Assembly: GCA_963755025.1 (NCBI GenBank)
Contig: CAVWIH010000014.1
Span: forward strand, 64,001 to 128,000
DNA from: an uncultured Actinomycetes bacterium
Lineage (GTDB): Bacteria; Actinomycetota; Thermoleophilia; UBA2241
Direction: 5' to 3'
Length of the DNA: 64,000 bases
The position numbers and the translations under genes were made by a program. The notes beneath the pieces were generated by a model, which had not been told where the DNA came from, did not search any database, and saw only the letters and a list, made by a program, of their open reading frames with translations. This document shows positions 10,671 to 20,017 of the stretch, one piece after another. Position 1 is the first letter of the stretch; each line of letters opens with the position of its first letter.

Positions 10671-12020
10671 CTACTGTGGCCGCTTGTCGATGACGCGCAC
10701 GGCCTTGCCCTCGCTGCGGGCGATGGTGCGCGGCTCTTTGAGCTTCACCTGCACCTGGATGTTGAGCACGCTGTACAGGCGGTGCTGCACGGCGCGCTCG
10801 AAGGTCTCGAGCTGGCCCATGGTCTCGCCGAACAGGTCCTCGCCGACCTCGATCCAGACCTCGACCATGTCGAGGTGGTCCCTGCGCTCGATCAGGATCT
10901 GGTAGTGCGGCTCGATCTGCGGGATCGTCATGAGGACTTCTTCGATCTGGCTGGGGAAGACGTTGACGCCGCGGATGATGAGCATGTCGTCGGTACGACC
11001 GACGGGCTTGCTCATGCGCACCAGGGTGCGGCCGCAGTCGCAGGTCGCCGAGCTCAGGCTGCAGAGGTCGCGCGTGCGATAGCGTACGAGCGGCTGCGCC
11101 ACCCGGCTCAGGGTCGTCACGACAAGCTCGCCCACCGTGCCCTCGGGCACCGCCTGCAGGGTCTCGGGGTCGACGATCTCGACCAGGTAGTGGTCTTCGC
11201 TCACGTGCATGCCCGTCTTGCAGAGGCACTCGAAGGCCACGCCCGGCCCGCCCATCTCGGAGAGGCCGTAGATGTCGAGCGCGTCGATGCCCAGCGCGGC
11301 CTCGATCTGGCGGCGCATCTCGTTGCTCCACGGCTCGGCGCCGTGAAAACCGACCCTGATGGGCAGGTCGGCGGGGCGCAAGCCGCGGTCGCGGGCCGCT
11401 TCGGCCAGGTAGAGGGCGTACGACGGCGTGCACGACAGGGCCGCCGCACCGAAGTCGCGCATGAGCTTGAGCTGACGGTCGGTGTTGCCGCCGGAGATGG
11501 GCAGCACGGTGGCGCCGAGGCGCTCGCAGCCGTAATGCAGGCCGAGGCCGCCGGTGAACAGCCCGTAGCCGTAGGCGTTCTGCAACATGTCGCCGGGCCC
11601 CATGCCGCCCGCCGCCAGTGTGCGCGCGATCAGGTCGGCCCACAGCTCGACGTCGCCGAGCGTGTAGCCCACGGTGGTCGGATTGCCCGTGGTGCCCGAC
11701 GAGGCGTGCACCCGCACGAGCCGGTCGCGAGGCACCGCGAACATGCCGAACGGGTAGTGGTCGCGCAGGTCGGCCTTGGTCGTGAAGGGCAGGGCGGCGA
11801 CGCGCTCGCGCGTGGTGAGGTCGTCGGGAGCGACGCCCGCGTCGGCCAGGCGGCGGCGGTAGAAGGGCACGTTGTCGACGGCGTTGCGCAAGGTGGCGCG
11901 CAGGCGCTCGAGCTGGGTGTCGCGCAGCTGTTCGAGCGGCATGGTCTCGGCGGCCTGCTGCCAGTGGTTGCCGCCGGCCTTGTCGGCCGTGACCGCGCCG
12001 GCCGCGGTGGCCACGCTCAC
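10671..12020 (-). CDS. paaK: Phenylacetate-CoA ligase
   Basis: HASSGTTGNP, YGYGLFTGGLG, DIYGLSE, RYRTRD, GRTDDMLIIRGVNVFPSQIE. Confidence 0.93.
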   Translation of the reverse strand: MSVATAAGAVTADKAGGNHWQQAAETMPLEQLRDTQLERLRATLRNAVDNVPFYRRRLADAGVAPDDLTTRERVAALPFTTKADLRDHYPFGMFAVPRDRLVRVHASSGTTGNPTTVGYTLGDVELWADLIARTLAAGGMGPGDMLQNAYGYGLFTGGLGLHYGCERLGATVLPISGGNTDRQLKLMRDFGAAALSCTPSYALYLAEAARDRGLRPADLPIRVGFHGAEPWSNEMRRQIEAALGIDALDIYGLSEMGGPGVAFECLCKTGMHVSEDHYLVEIVDPETLQAVPEGTVGELVVTTLSRVAQPLVRYRTRDLCSLSSATCDCGRTLVRMSKPVGRTDDMLIIRGVNVFPSQIEEVLMTIPQIEPHYQILIERRDHLDMVEVWIEVGEDLFGETMGQLETFERAVQHRLYSVLNIQVQVKLKEPRTIARSEGKAVRVIDKRPQ

Positions 12021-12430
12021 AGGGTCTTCACCTGCTCGTCGGAGAGCAGCGCGACCTTGCCCGCGAGCAGCCCGACGGCGCGGTCGATGTCGTGCACCGC
12101 GAAGCAGATGTTGTTGAACGAGATGCTGTAGAGGTAGTCGACCGAGATCTTCTGCTCGGCGAGCGTGTCGAGCACGCGCGCGAGACCGCCCGGCTGGTCG
12201 GTCACGCCCACGCAGATGACCTGCGAGAGGTGGGTGGTGAAGCCGGCTTCGTGCAGGATCTCGCGAGCGGCGACCGGGTCGGGCACGATCAGGCGCACGA
12301 TGCCGTATTCGGCGGCCTCGGTCGTTGAGAAGCCGCGGATGTTCACGCCGCGGCGCCCCAGAAGGTCGGCGATCTCGGCAAGCCGCCCGCTGCGGTTTTC
12401 AAGAAAGACCGTCACTTGCGTGACCTTCAC
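12017..12430 (-). CDS. Tandem ACT-domain protein
   Basis: VFLENRSGRLAEI and DQPGGLARVL; typical ior/paaK neighbour. Confidence 0.88.
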   Translation of the reverse strand: MKVTQVTVFLENRSGRLAEIADLLGRRGVNIRGFSTTEAAEYGIVRLIVPDPVAAREILHEAGFTTHLSQVICVGVTDQPGGLARVLDTLAEQKISVDYLYSISFNNICFAVHDIDRAVGLLAGKVALLSDEQVKTL

Positions 12431-13032
12431 GACCCCTCCTCGGTGAGTGCGACCGTTGGTGCAGCGGCCTCGCGGCCAAGGGCGAACGCCCGCCGGTTGA
12501 GCTCGAGCAGCTTGCCCGGGATGGCCAGCTCGAGCGCCCGCTCCCAGGCGCGCGAGCCGAAGGGCAGGGCGTGCGTCGCCGCGCCCACGAGGGCGACGTT
12601 GGCGGCGCGCACCGAGCCCGCCTCGCGGCCCAGCGCTTCGGCGTCGACGGCGATGAGCTGGATGAGCCGCGCCCGGGCGGCCTCGGCCAGGTCGGTGGGG
12701 TAGGCGCGCTCACCGCGCAGGACGCTGCCGGGAGCGATCGTGGTCGTGGCGTAGACCAGGGTGCCCTTGTCGGGCAGCAACGCGAGCGCGCGACGGCCCT
12801 CGAGCGCCTCGGTGGCGATCACGAGGTCGGCGCGCGGCGCCACCGGCGACCAGACCTGCGTGCCGTAGCGCACCGTCGAGACCACGCTGCCGCCGCGCTG
12901 CGCCATGCCGTGGACCTCGCTCGTCTTCACCTCGAAGCCGGCCGCCATGGCGGCCTGGGCGACCAGCGAGGCCGCCAGGAGGATGCCCTGGCCGCCCACC
13001 CCCGCCAGCGCCACTGTGGCGACGCCGTTCAC
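12427..13032 (-). CDS. iorB: Indolepyruvate:ferredoxin oxidoreductase beta subunit
   Basis: AGVGGQGILLA, SEVHGMAQRGGSV. Confidence 0.9.
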   Translation of the reverse strand: MNGVATVALAGVGGQGILLAASLVAQAAMAAGFEVKTSEVHGMAQRGGSVVSTVRYGTQVWSPVAPRADLVIATEALEGRRALALLPDKGTLVYATTTIAPGSVLRGERAYPTDLAEAARARLIQLIAVDAEALGREAGSVRAANVALVGAATHALPFGSRAWERALELAIPGKLLELNRRAFALGREAAAPTVALTEEGS

Positions 13033-14897
13033 GAGCCGGCCGGGGCGGCATCGGGCGGTTCGGGGGCCGCGTCGGGCCGGGGCGCGGCCGCGTCGGCCGC
13101 GGACGGGTCGGCCTCGTCGCGTGGCGCGGGCGCGCTGATCGCGCCGCGCGCGCAGACCGCCAGGCACACCCCGCAGCCGGTGCAGTCGCTCGTGATCTCG
13201 ACCGACTCGTCGCCGGCCGCGACCGCCGGGCAGCCGAGCTCGAGGCACAGGCCGCAGAGATTGCAGCGGTCGTCGTCGACGACCACCGCGTCGCGCGGAC
13301 CCTTGCCGGTGAGCAGCACACAAGGCGCGAGGGCGACCAGCACGCGCAGCTCGCCGGCCGCAATGGCCGCGGTGATGGCGGCCTTGACGGCCGCTTCGTC
13401 GAAGGCGTCGACGGTGCTGACCGGCACGCCGATGCCGCGACAGAGCTGCTCGATGTCGACCGCCGGGCCGCTGGCCTTGTCGGGGTGCAAGCCGGTGCCG
13501 GGGTGGCCCTGGCGACCGGTCATGGCGGTCGTGCGGTTGTCGAGCACGATCACGAGGCCGGGCGTCTGGTTGTAGTGGGCGTCGATCAGGGGCGTGATGC
13601 CCGAGTGAAAGAAGGTGGAGTCGCCGATCACCGACACGGCGGCGATGCGCTTGAGCATGCGGTTCATGCCGGCCATCATGCCGATGCCGGCGCCCATGCA
13701 CAGGCAGCTCTCGAGTGAGAGCAGCGGCGGCAGCGCGCCCAGCGTGTAGCAGCCGATGTCGCCCATCACGGCGACCTTCTGGCGGCGCAGCATGGCGTAG
13801 ACGGCGCGGTGCGGGCAGCCCGGGCACAGCACGGGCGGACGCACCGGCAGGTCGGCGGCCGGCGTGGGCGCGGGCGTGATCATCGGCGGCGGCGGGTACA
13901 CGGGGCGCTTGCGCCGCGGCGGGCGGCGCTTGAGCACCGGCTCGAGGGCATCGAAGACGATCTCCTGGTTCAGCTCGCCGTTGCTCGGGATGACCTCTTT
14001 GCCGACCACCGGCAGGCCGAGGGCGCGTACCTGGTCTTCGATGAACGGGTCGAGCTCTTCGACCACGAACACGCGCGACACCGAGTCGTAGAGCTTGGCG
14101 ACCTTGCCGTAGGGCAGCGGGTGCGACATGCCGAGCTTGAGGAACCAGGCCTTGGGGAAGGCCTCGCGGGCGTAGGTGTAGGCCACCCCCGACGCGATGA
14201 TGCCGATGTCGCTGGTGCCGGCCTCGAGGACGTTGAGCGGCGACTGCTCGGCGCGCCGGCGCAGCGCTTCGAGGCGGGCGAGCGCCAGGCGATTGCGCTC
14301 GCGGGCGTACTCGGGGACCATCACGTACTTGGCGACGTCTTTGACGTAAGCGGGCGAGTCGGGGAGCAGCGGGGCGCGCGGCACGACCTGCCCGCGACCG
14401 TGCGAGAGGCGCGTGGTCGAGCGCAGCAGCACCGGCGTGTCGAACTCTTCAGAGAGCTCGAACGCCCAGGCCATGAAGTCGTAGGCCTCCTGGCTGTCGG
14501 AGGGCTCGAGCAGGGGCACGCGGGCGAAGGCGGCGTAGTGGCGGTTGTCCTGCTCGTTCTGCGAGGAGTGCATGCCGGGGTCGTCGGCCGAGACGATCAC
14601 GAGACCGGCGTTCACACCGGTGAGCGCCAGCGTCATGAAGGGGTCGGCCGCCACGTTCAGGCCGACGTGCTTCATGGTGACGAGCGTCCGGCCCCCGGCC
14701 AGGCCGGCGCCTATGCCGGTCTCGAGGGCGACCTTCTCGTTGGCGCACCACTCGACGATCGGCCCCTCGAGCCCGGCGAGCTCCTCGATGATCTCGGTCG
14801 AGGGCGTGCCGGGGTAGCCGCAGGCAAAGCCCAGGCCGGCGCGTACCGCGCCGCGCGCGATCGCTTCGTTTCCTGACAGGAAGGGGAGCCGTTCCAC
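13029..14897 (-). CDS. iorA: Indolepyruvate:ferredoxin oxidoreductase alpha subunit
   Basis: GNEAIARG, GYPGTPSTE, DDPGMHSSQNEQD, LCPGCPHR, GDSTFFHSG and a C-terminal 2x[4Fe-4S] domain. Confidence 0.93.
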   Translation of the reverse strand: MERLPFLSGNEAIARGAVRAGLGFACGYPGTPSTEIIEELAGLEGPIVEWCANEKVALETGIGAGLAGGRTLVTMKHVGLNVAADPFMTLALTGVNAGLVIVSADDPGMHSSQNEQDNRHYAAFARVPLLEPSDSQEAYDFMAWAFELSEEFDTPVLLRSTTRLSHGRGQVVPRAPLLPDSPAYVKDVAKYVMVPEYARERNRLALARLEALRRRAEQSPLNVLEAGTSDIGIIASGVAYTYAREAFPKAWFLKLGMSHPLPYGKVAKLYDSVSRVFVVEELDPFIEDQVRALGLPVVGKEVIPSNGELNQEIVFDALEPVLKRRPPRRKRPVYPPPPMITPAPTPAADLPVRPPVLCPGCPHRAVYAMLRRQKVAVMGDIGCYTLGALPPLLSLESCLCMGAGIGMMAGMNRMLKRIAAVSVIGDSTFFHSGITPLIDAHYNQTPGLVIVLDNRTTAMTGRQGHPGTGLHPDKASGPAVDIEQLCRGIGVPVSTVDAFDEAAVKAAITAAIAAGELRVLVALAPCVLLTGKGPRDAVVVDDDRCNLCGLCLELGCPAVAAGDESVEITSDCTGCGVCLAVCARGAISAPAPRDEADPSAADAAAPRPDAAPEPPDAAPAGS

Positions 14898-15090
14898 TGG
14901 TCTCGCGATTATAGCGGTCCGCCGCGGGTTGGGCACGACCCGGCGCAATTCGCTCGACTCGGAGCCTGGCGAGCGACCCGGCGCACCCCCGAACACGCGG
15001 GGCCGGCAGGAATCGCGGCGCCGGGCGCGAAACGTGGACCATGCGGCATGTTGGCCATCTCACTCTCGTCCCCCGAGGCGCAGGCAAGCG

Positions 15091-16101
15091 GTGAAGACCC
15101 CGCCTCGCAGACGCCCCTCACCGGAGCTCTCGCGAGGTCGCTTCCGGACCCTCTTTTTTGGCCTTGTCGTGTGCGCCGCCCTGGCGCTGCGCGTGGCGCC
15201 GGCGGCCCTCACGGCGGCCATCGCCGCCGGCTTCGGCGCCTGGTCGATCTCGATCGCCCGCGGCCGCGGCCGCTCCCTCTCGCAAAGCTTCGTGGTGTGT
15301 GACTGGCTGCTGCTCGGACTGACCCTCGTGCTCAGCGGCGGCGTGAGCAGCCCGCTGCTCGTCGCCGTGCCCCTGCTGGTCGTCGTGCAGCTCCTGCCCA
15401 GCGAGAAGGCCGAGTGGCCCTACCTCGTGGGTCCGAGCCTGCTGCTGCCGATCGTGCTGGCCATCGCCGACCCTACGCTCGGCGGCCACCGCATCTTCGC
15501 CCTGGGCGCGCTCGCCGGGCTCGTGCTCGCCGGCGTTGCGCTGGCGGTGCGGCTGCGGCGCGTGCCGCGCCGCAGCCGCACCGCCAGCGCCCCCGCCGTC
15601 GACGCCACCACGGGCTACTACGGCCGCCAGCGCCTGCGCTCTCTGCTGCCCACCGAGCTGGCCGCCGCCGAGGCGGCCCACGAGCCGCTGGCGCTGGTCT
15701 GCGTGCGCCTCGACCACTTCCGCGACCTGCACGACTTTCGCGGCGCCGAGGGCAGCGAGGCGGTCGTGCGCACCGTGGCGCGGCGCCTGAAAGGCACGCT
15801 CGGCCCCGACGACCTGGCCTTTCGCCTGAGCCCGGACACGCTGGCCTTCACGCTGCGCGATCGCGACGCCCGCGCGGCGAAGGCGTGGGCGCAGGCGGCC
15901 GGCCACGAAGTCGCCGGCCGCCTCATCGACCGTCACCGCCAGACGCTGTCGTTCGGTCACGCCGCCTACCCGCCGCTGCACGACCCACGCGAGCTCTTAG
16001 ACGAAGCCCTCGCCGCGCTCGCCGCTCCCGTGAGCACCGAGCTGGTGCCCGCCGCACCCGCCCTGGCGAACGCCGACCTGCCGGTCGCGGTCGCCCAGTA
16101 G
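15091..16101 (+). CDS. Membrane protein with degenerate GGDEF domain
   Basis: About five TM helices, then DATTG..LDHFRDLHDFRG..AFRLSPDTL, where SPDTL replaces GGDEF. Confidence 0.75.
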   Translation: MKTPPRRRPSPELSRGRFRTLFFGLVVCAALALRVAPAALTAAIAAGFGAWSISIARGRGRSLSQSFVVCDWLLLGLTLVLSGGVSSPLLVAVPLLVVVQLLPSEKAEWPYLVGPSLLLPIVLAIADPTLGGHRIFALGALAGLVLAGVALAVRLRRVPRRSRTASAPAVDATTGYYGRQRLRSLLPTELAAAEAAHEPLALVCVRLDHFRDLHDFRGAEGSEAVVRTVARRLKGTLGPDDLAFRLSPDTLAFTLRDRDARAAKAWAQAAGHEVAGRLIDRHRQTLSFGHAAYPPLHDPRELLDEALAALAAPVSTELVPAAPALANADLPVAVAQ

Positions 16102-16222
16102 GCGCCGGTCGCCGCGGCCACCCGGTCGCGCGGCCCGGCACGCTGGTCGCGCGGCAGGCCCCGCCACACCCGCCCGGACGCCCGCCGTCACTGCCGCCGG
16201 CAGCGCCATCTCCAAGGTCCGC

Positions 16223-16252
16223 TTGAAACCGCGCGAACCGTAGCCCTAGTAT
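16223..16252 (+). promoter_or_regulatory. Promoter for a probably leaderless transcript of the roadblock operon
   Basis: TTGAAA-N18-TAGTAT, with GTG start 6 nt downstream. Confidence 0.5.
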
Positions 16253-16258
16253 GGGGCT

Positions 16259-16558
16259 GTGGAGATCGACATCGGCAGCGAACAGATCAGCCAGGGGATC
16301 GCCGTGCACGTCCGCGTCCGCCTGTCTGCGCGCGAGCTGAACCGTCTCTTCATGTCGGGCGACACCCTCGTCCAGCTTCCCCTCGACGGCGCGCTCGACG
16401 ACGCCGGGGGACCTCCCATCCCGCGCATGAGCATGTTCCTCAGCGAGATCGCCGGCGCGCCCGACGGCTTTCTGCGCACCTTCTCCGATGCGGCGTACGC
16501 CGACAGCTTCGCCAGAGTCGTGCGCGAACAGATCTCGACAGCCCTGGAGGCCTCATGA
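16259..16558 (+). CDS. Hypothetical protein (99 aa)
   Basis: Coding-like codon bias; ATGA overlap with the next gene. Confidence 0.7.
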   Translation: MEIDIGSEQISQGIAVHVRVRLSARELNRLFMSGDTLVQLPLDGALDDAGGPPIPRMSMFLSEIAGAPDGFLRTFSDAAYADSFARVVREQISTALEAS

Positions 16559-16893
16559 ACACAAGCGACGCGCTCGTCGCCAAGCTCGCGCCGTACCGGG
16601 AGCGGCCCGGAGTCAAGGCCGCTCTTCTCGTCTCGCACGACGGCTTTCTGGTAGCGACGTCGGCCGACCCCGACATCGACGCCGAAGCGATCGCCGCCCA
16701 CCTCGGCGGCACGATCGACATAGGCGCCCGCCTGGCCGACGAGCTCGGCCAGCACGAGACGCGCCTCATCACCATCGAGCTCGACGCCTTGCGAGTCGTG
16801 CTCGCGCCCTTCAGCGACGAGCTGCTGCTCTGCCTGATCGGCACGACCGACGCCATCACGCTCGAGTACCGCCTGCGCGGCGGGAGCGTGTGA
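16555..16893 (+). CDS. Roadblock/LC7 (MglB-like) domain protein
   Basis: PGVKAALLVSHDGFLVA..DAEAIAA..ELG pattern, 112 aa. Confidence 0.82.
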   Translation: MNTSDALVAKLAPYRERPGVKAALLVSHDGFLVATSADPDIDAEAIAAHLGGTIDIGARLADELGQHETRLITIELDALRVVLAPFSDELLLCLIGTTDAITLEYRLRGGSV

Positions 16894-16984
16894 GCGCAGC
16901 CGCACCACCGTTCACTCCCGCCCCCGTGCCCTTCGCACGGGGAGCGGTCTCCGCGGACCCTCGAAGCAAAGGAGTGTGGTCCCT

Positions 16985-17581
16985 ATGGAAGACGCCGCCG
17001 AGAAGCTCGACGAGCTGGCGCGGGCCGAACAACAGTGCACGAGATGCGGCGACATCGTGTCCTGCCGGCTACGCGCCTTATCCGGAACCGGACATCCGCA
17101 CGCCCAGGTCATGTTCGTGTCGCTCCATCCGTCGCCCGAAGAAGAGGCCGCAAACCTCCCCGCCGGCACCGCCGTACTGCGCGAGCTTGCCGAGCTGATC
17201 CCGGCGCTGTCGAACGGCGGCCGCGCCAAGGCCTATTTCACGACCGTCGTGAAATGCGTGCCGCGCAGCGACTGCCACCTGCGCCGACCCAACTCCGACG
17301 AGCAGGACAACTGCTACACGTTCCTGTCCCGCGAGATCTCGATCACCACACCGCACTACGTCGTGCCCATCGGCGACGAAGCCTCGCGCTTCTTGCTCGA
17401 CAAGCTGTTCGGGCAGGCCGACGCCGACGACCACGACCCCCTCGAGGTGCGCGTCTACGACAGCCCTTCGTTCAAGGTGGTGCCCATCGCGGCGCCCGGC
17501 GAGGTGGCGGTGCGCGAGCCGCGGGCCCGCGACGAGTACGTCAAGGCGCTGCGCACCCTGGCCACGGTGATGGGCCTGTAA
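16985..17581 (+). CDS. Family-4 uracil-DNA-glycosylase-like Fe-S protein with degenerate catalytic motifs
   Basis: CTRC..G.G.PHAQVMFV..VVKCVP..P...EQDNC..FL.REI; GE(A/G)PG is replaced by SLHPS. Confidence 0.75.
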   Translation: MEDAAEKLDELARAEQQCTRCGDIVSCRLRALSGTGHPHAQVMFVSLHPSPEEEAANLPAGTAVLRELAELIPALSNGGRAKAYFTTVVKCVPRSDCHLRRPNSDEQDNCYTFLSREISITTPHYVVPIGDEASRFLLDKLFGQADADDHDPLEVRVYDSPSFKVVPIAAPGEVAVREPRARDEYVKALRTLATVMGL

Positions 17582-17653
17582 GGTCGCGCGAGCGCCGCGG
17601 CGCCGCCGGCCCGCCGCCCGTAAGGGCGCCCGGCCGGCGGCGCCGCTCGCCTG

Positions 17654-18544
17654 CTAGGGCACGATCACTCGCAAGGCGGCCGGCGCTATGCGGCAGTCGA
17701 TGGGCAGCCGGCCGGCCGGCTCGCCGTCGGTCTGCACCAGCACCTCGCCCTTCTCATCCGGCGCGACCGAGAGGCGCGCGCTCTTGGTGCGGAAGTAGCG
17801 CACCTTGGAGTGCTGCATGGGGGCGGACAGCAGGGCCGCCAGCCAGTAGCCGGCGAACTCGAAGAACGATTTGTCGGTGAGCACGCAGACGTCGAGCAGG
17901 CCGTCGCGCATGTCGGCCAGCGGCGTCACGCCAAAGTTGCCGCCGTAGTTCGAGGCGTTGCCGAGCACCACGAAGTAGCCGTCGACGCACTCTTCGTCGG
18001 TCTCGATGCGAATGAGGGGAGAGTCGCTCGTCAGGTACTTGGCGAACCCCTGAATGGCGAAGGCCGCCTCGCGCAACGCGCGCTTGAGCGTGGGGTTCAG
18101 CGACGACACCACGGCGGCGTCGACCCCGGCGCCGGCCATGAGCGCGAAGTAGCGGTCGCCGGCCAGCCCCAGGTCGATGGCGATGACGTGACCGGCCGCC
18201 GCCAGGCGGCAGGCGTCGGGCGGGTCGAGCGGGATGCCGAGCTCGATCGCCAGCACGTTCACGGTGCCCGTGGGAATGACGGCCAGCGGCACGTCGCTGC
18301 CCGCCATGCCGTTGACGACCTCGTTGACCGTGCCGTCGCCGCCGACCGCGCAGATCACGTCGACGCCCGCCGCTACGGCCGCCCTGGCCAGGTCGGTGGC
18401 GTGGCCGGCCCGCTCGGTCGGCGCCTCGTCGACGTCGAACCCGAGCGCGCGCAGCGACCCCACGATGAGCGGTACGTCGCGCCGAAAGCGACCGCCGCCC
18501 GACGTCGGGTTGTAGATGGCGACCATGCGGCGGCCGACGCTCAT
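17654..18544 (-). CDS. Diacylglycerol kinase/YegS family lipid kinase
   Basis: IYNPTSGGG, GGDGTVNEVVNG, PTGTVNVLA, DGLLDV, QTDGE. Confidence 0.9.
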   Translation of the reverse strand: MSVGRRMVAIYNPTSGGGRFRRDVPLIVGSLRALGFDVDEAPTERAGHATDLARAAVAAGVDVICAVGGDGTVNEVVNGMAGSDVPLAVIPTGTVNVLAIELGIPLDPPDACRLAAAGHVIAIDLGLAGDRYFALMAGAGVDAAVVSSLNPTLKRALREAAFAIQGFAKYLTSDSPLIRIETDEECVDGYFVVLGNASNYGGNFGVTPLADMRDGLLDVCVLTDKSFFEFAGYWLAALLSAPMQHSKVRYFRTKSARLSVAPDEKGEVLVQTDGEPAGRLPIDCRIAPAALRVIVP

Positions 18545-18844
18545 GACGCCGCCGCGAGGCGCTCGCCGGCGGGCGGGCACGGGTGGAGCGGCAGGTCGAG
18601 CAGGCGGCGCATGGTCGAATGATATGCGAAGCGGCCGCCGCAGAGCACCGATGGGCCGTCTGCCTGCGCCGTCTTGCTGCGCAGCCACGTCGCCAGTCTG
18701 GACAACGCCGAAACGCCCGCCGAAGTTTCGGTTCCAGTCTCGGAACCGCAGACTTTGGCTTGAGTGGGCGGCATCGGCCGGCAGGAGTCGCCTGAACCGG
18801 CGCGAACTCCTAGCCCTGCCGCCCAGCCGTCGAGGAGGAACCAG

Positions 18845-19093
18845 ATGGCAGACCAGCAAGCGAGCACCGAGGTGAAGACGATCGTCGTACCCAAGGCGCT
18901 CGAGGAGTTCTTCGCCCCCCGTCTCGAAGCGCGCTATGCGGCGCGCGGCGACGTACGCGTGGTCGTCGACAGGCGGCAGTCCGAACGCCGCGTGGCGGCC
19001 GGTCCCCGGCCCCAGCCCGATCGCCGCACCACCGAGCGACGCGTACTGGCCGGCTGGTGGAGCCTGCCCGACCTGCCGTTCCAGACCAACTAG
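18845..19093 (+). CDS. Small protein (82 aa) with tandem DRR/ERR repeats
   Basis: GAGGAGG RBS; VVVDRRQSERR..PDRRTTERR; followed by a terminator. Confidence 0.75.
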   Translation: MADQQASTEVKTIVVPKALEEFFAPRLEARYAARGDVRVVVDRRQSERRVAAGPRPQPDRRTTERRVLAGWWSLPDLPFQTN

Positions 19094-19114
19094 CGCCGCC
19101 GGCCGACACGGCCG

Positions 19115-19159
19115 ACGAAACGAGGGCGGGGCGCCTGCGGCGCCCCGCCCTCGTTTCGT
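19115..19159. terminator. Perfect 21-bp inverted repeat between convergent genes
   Basis: ACGAAACGAGGGCGGGGCGCC-TGC-GGCGCCCCGCCCTCGTTTCGT. Confidence 0.8.
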
Positions 19160-19228
19160 GAGTCCTTCGTTCGTGCTCTCAGCCGTACTACGGGCTGTCC
19201 CTTGTGCGAGCCGCGCTCGCGGCCGACG

Positions 19229-19816
19229 TCAGATCCAGCCGTGCTCGCGGCTCACGATGACCGCCTGGGCGCGATCGACGACCTCGAGCTTGTGGTAGAC
19301 GTTGTGGAGGTGGTTGCGGATGGTGCTCTGCGACACCTGCAGGGCGTTGGCCACCTGCTTGTAGGTCTTGCCGCTGGCGAGCAGTTTGACGACTTCGTGC
19401 TCGCGCTCGGTGAGCGGGCTCGGCACGTCGGTCTTGGGCGCCTCGCCTTCGTGGAGGTGCACCTTCACGCGCGCCAGCAGCTCCTTTATGTGGAAGGGCT
19501 TGGTGATGTAGTCGACGGCGCCTTTTTCGAAGCCCTGCAGGCGGCTGTCGATGTCGCCGGCCGCCGTGAGGAAGATGATGGGGCAGTCGAGCGCGGCCGG
19601 CTTTTCGCGCAGCTTGGTGCAAACGGTGAACCCGTCGTAGTCGGGCAGGCCGATGTCGAGCAGCACGAGGTCGGGCAGCGACAGGGCGCCGTCGCGCACC
19701 GCCGAGCGTCCGTCGGGCGAGGTCGTGACCTCGTAGCCGGCCTGCGAAAGGGCTTCGTCGACCAACCGCAGGACGTCGGGGTTGTCGTCGACGACGAGTA
19801 TGCGTTTGGCGCCCAT
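19229..19816 (-). CDS. Response regulator (receiver plus LuxR-type HTH)
   Basis: ILVVDD, LLDIGLP, KPF; LTEREHEVVKLLASGKTYKQVA..TIRNHLHNVYHKL. Confidence 0.92.
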   Translation of the reverse strand: MGAKRILVVDDNPDVLRLVDEALSQAGYEVTTSPDGRSAVRDGALSLPDLVLLDIGLPDYDGFTVCTKLREKPAALDCPIIFLTAAGDIDSRLQGFEKGAVDYITKPFHIKELLARVKVHLHEGEAPKTDVPSPLTEREHEVVKLLASGKTYKQVANALQVSQSTIRNHLHNVYHKLEVVDRAQAVIVSREHGWI

Positions 19817-19933
19817 CAGCGGGCCGTGGGCCACGCCGGGCGCCTGGTGGGTACTGAACGCTGAAGGTTCACGGTTCGTGCCTCGATTCGCTGTCGCATC
19901 GCCGTGGGCAGCGCCGGGGTGATGCGTCTCAGG

Positions 19934-19960
19934 GTATCGGCACACGCAGCACAAACCTTA
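19934..19960 (-). promoter_or_regulatory. Sigma28 (FliA/WhiG)-like promoter
   Basis: Minus strand TAAG-N15-GCCGATAC versus consensus TAAA-N15-GCCGATAA. Confidence 0.6.
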
Positions 19961-20017
19961 GGAGCGCCGGAGGGTGCGGCCGCGCCGGGCGGCGGCGGCC
20001 AGGCCTCGGAGCAGGCC

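Noticed and set aside
9957-12131. Long antisense and alternate-frame ORFs (also 22046-23470, 31119-34067, 37962-39626, 56643-58772)
   Set aside because: Shadow ORFs caused by high GC3 opposite well-supported genes; they are Arg/Ala/Gly-rich with no motifs.
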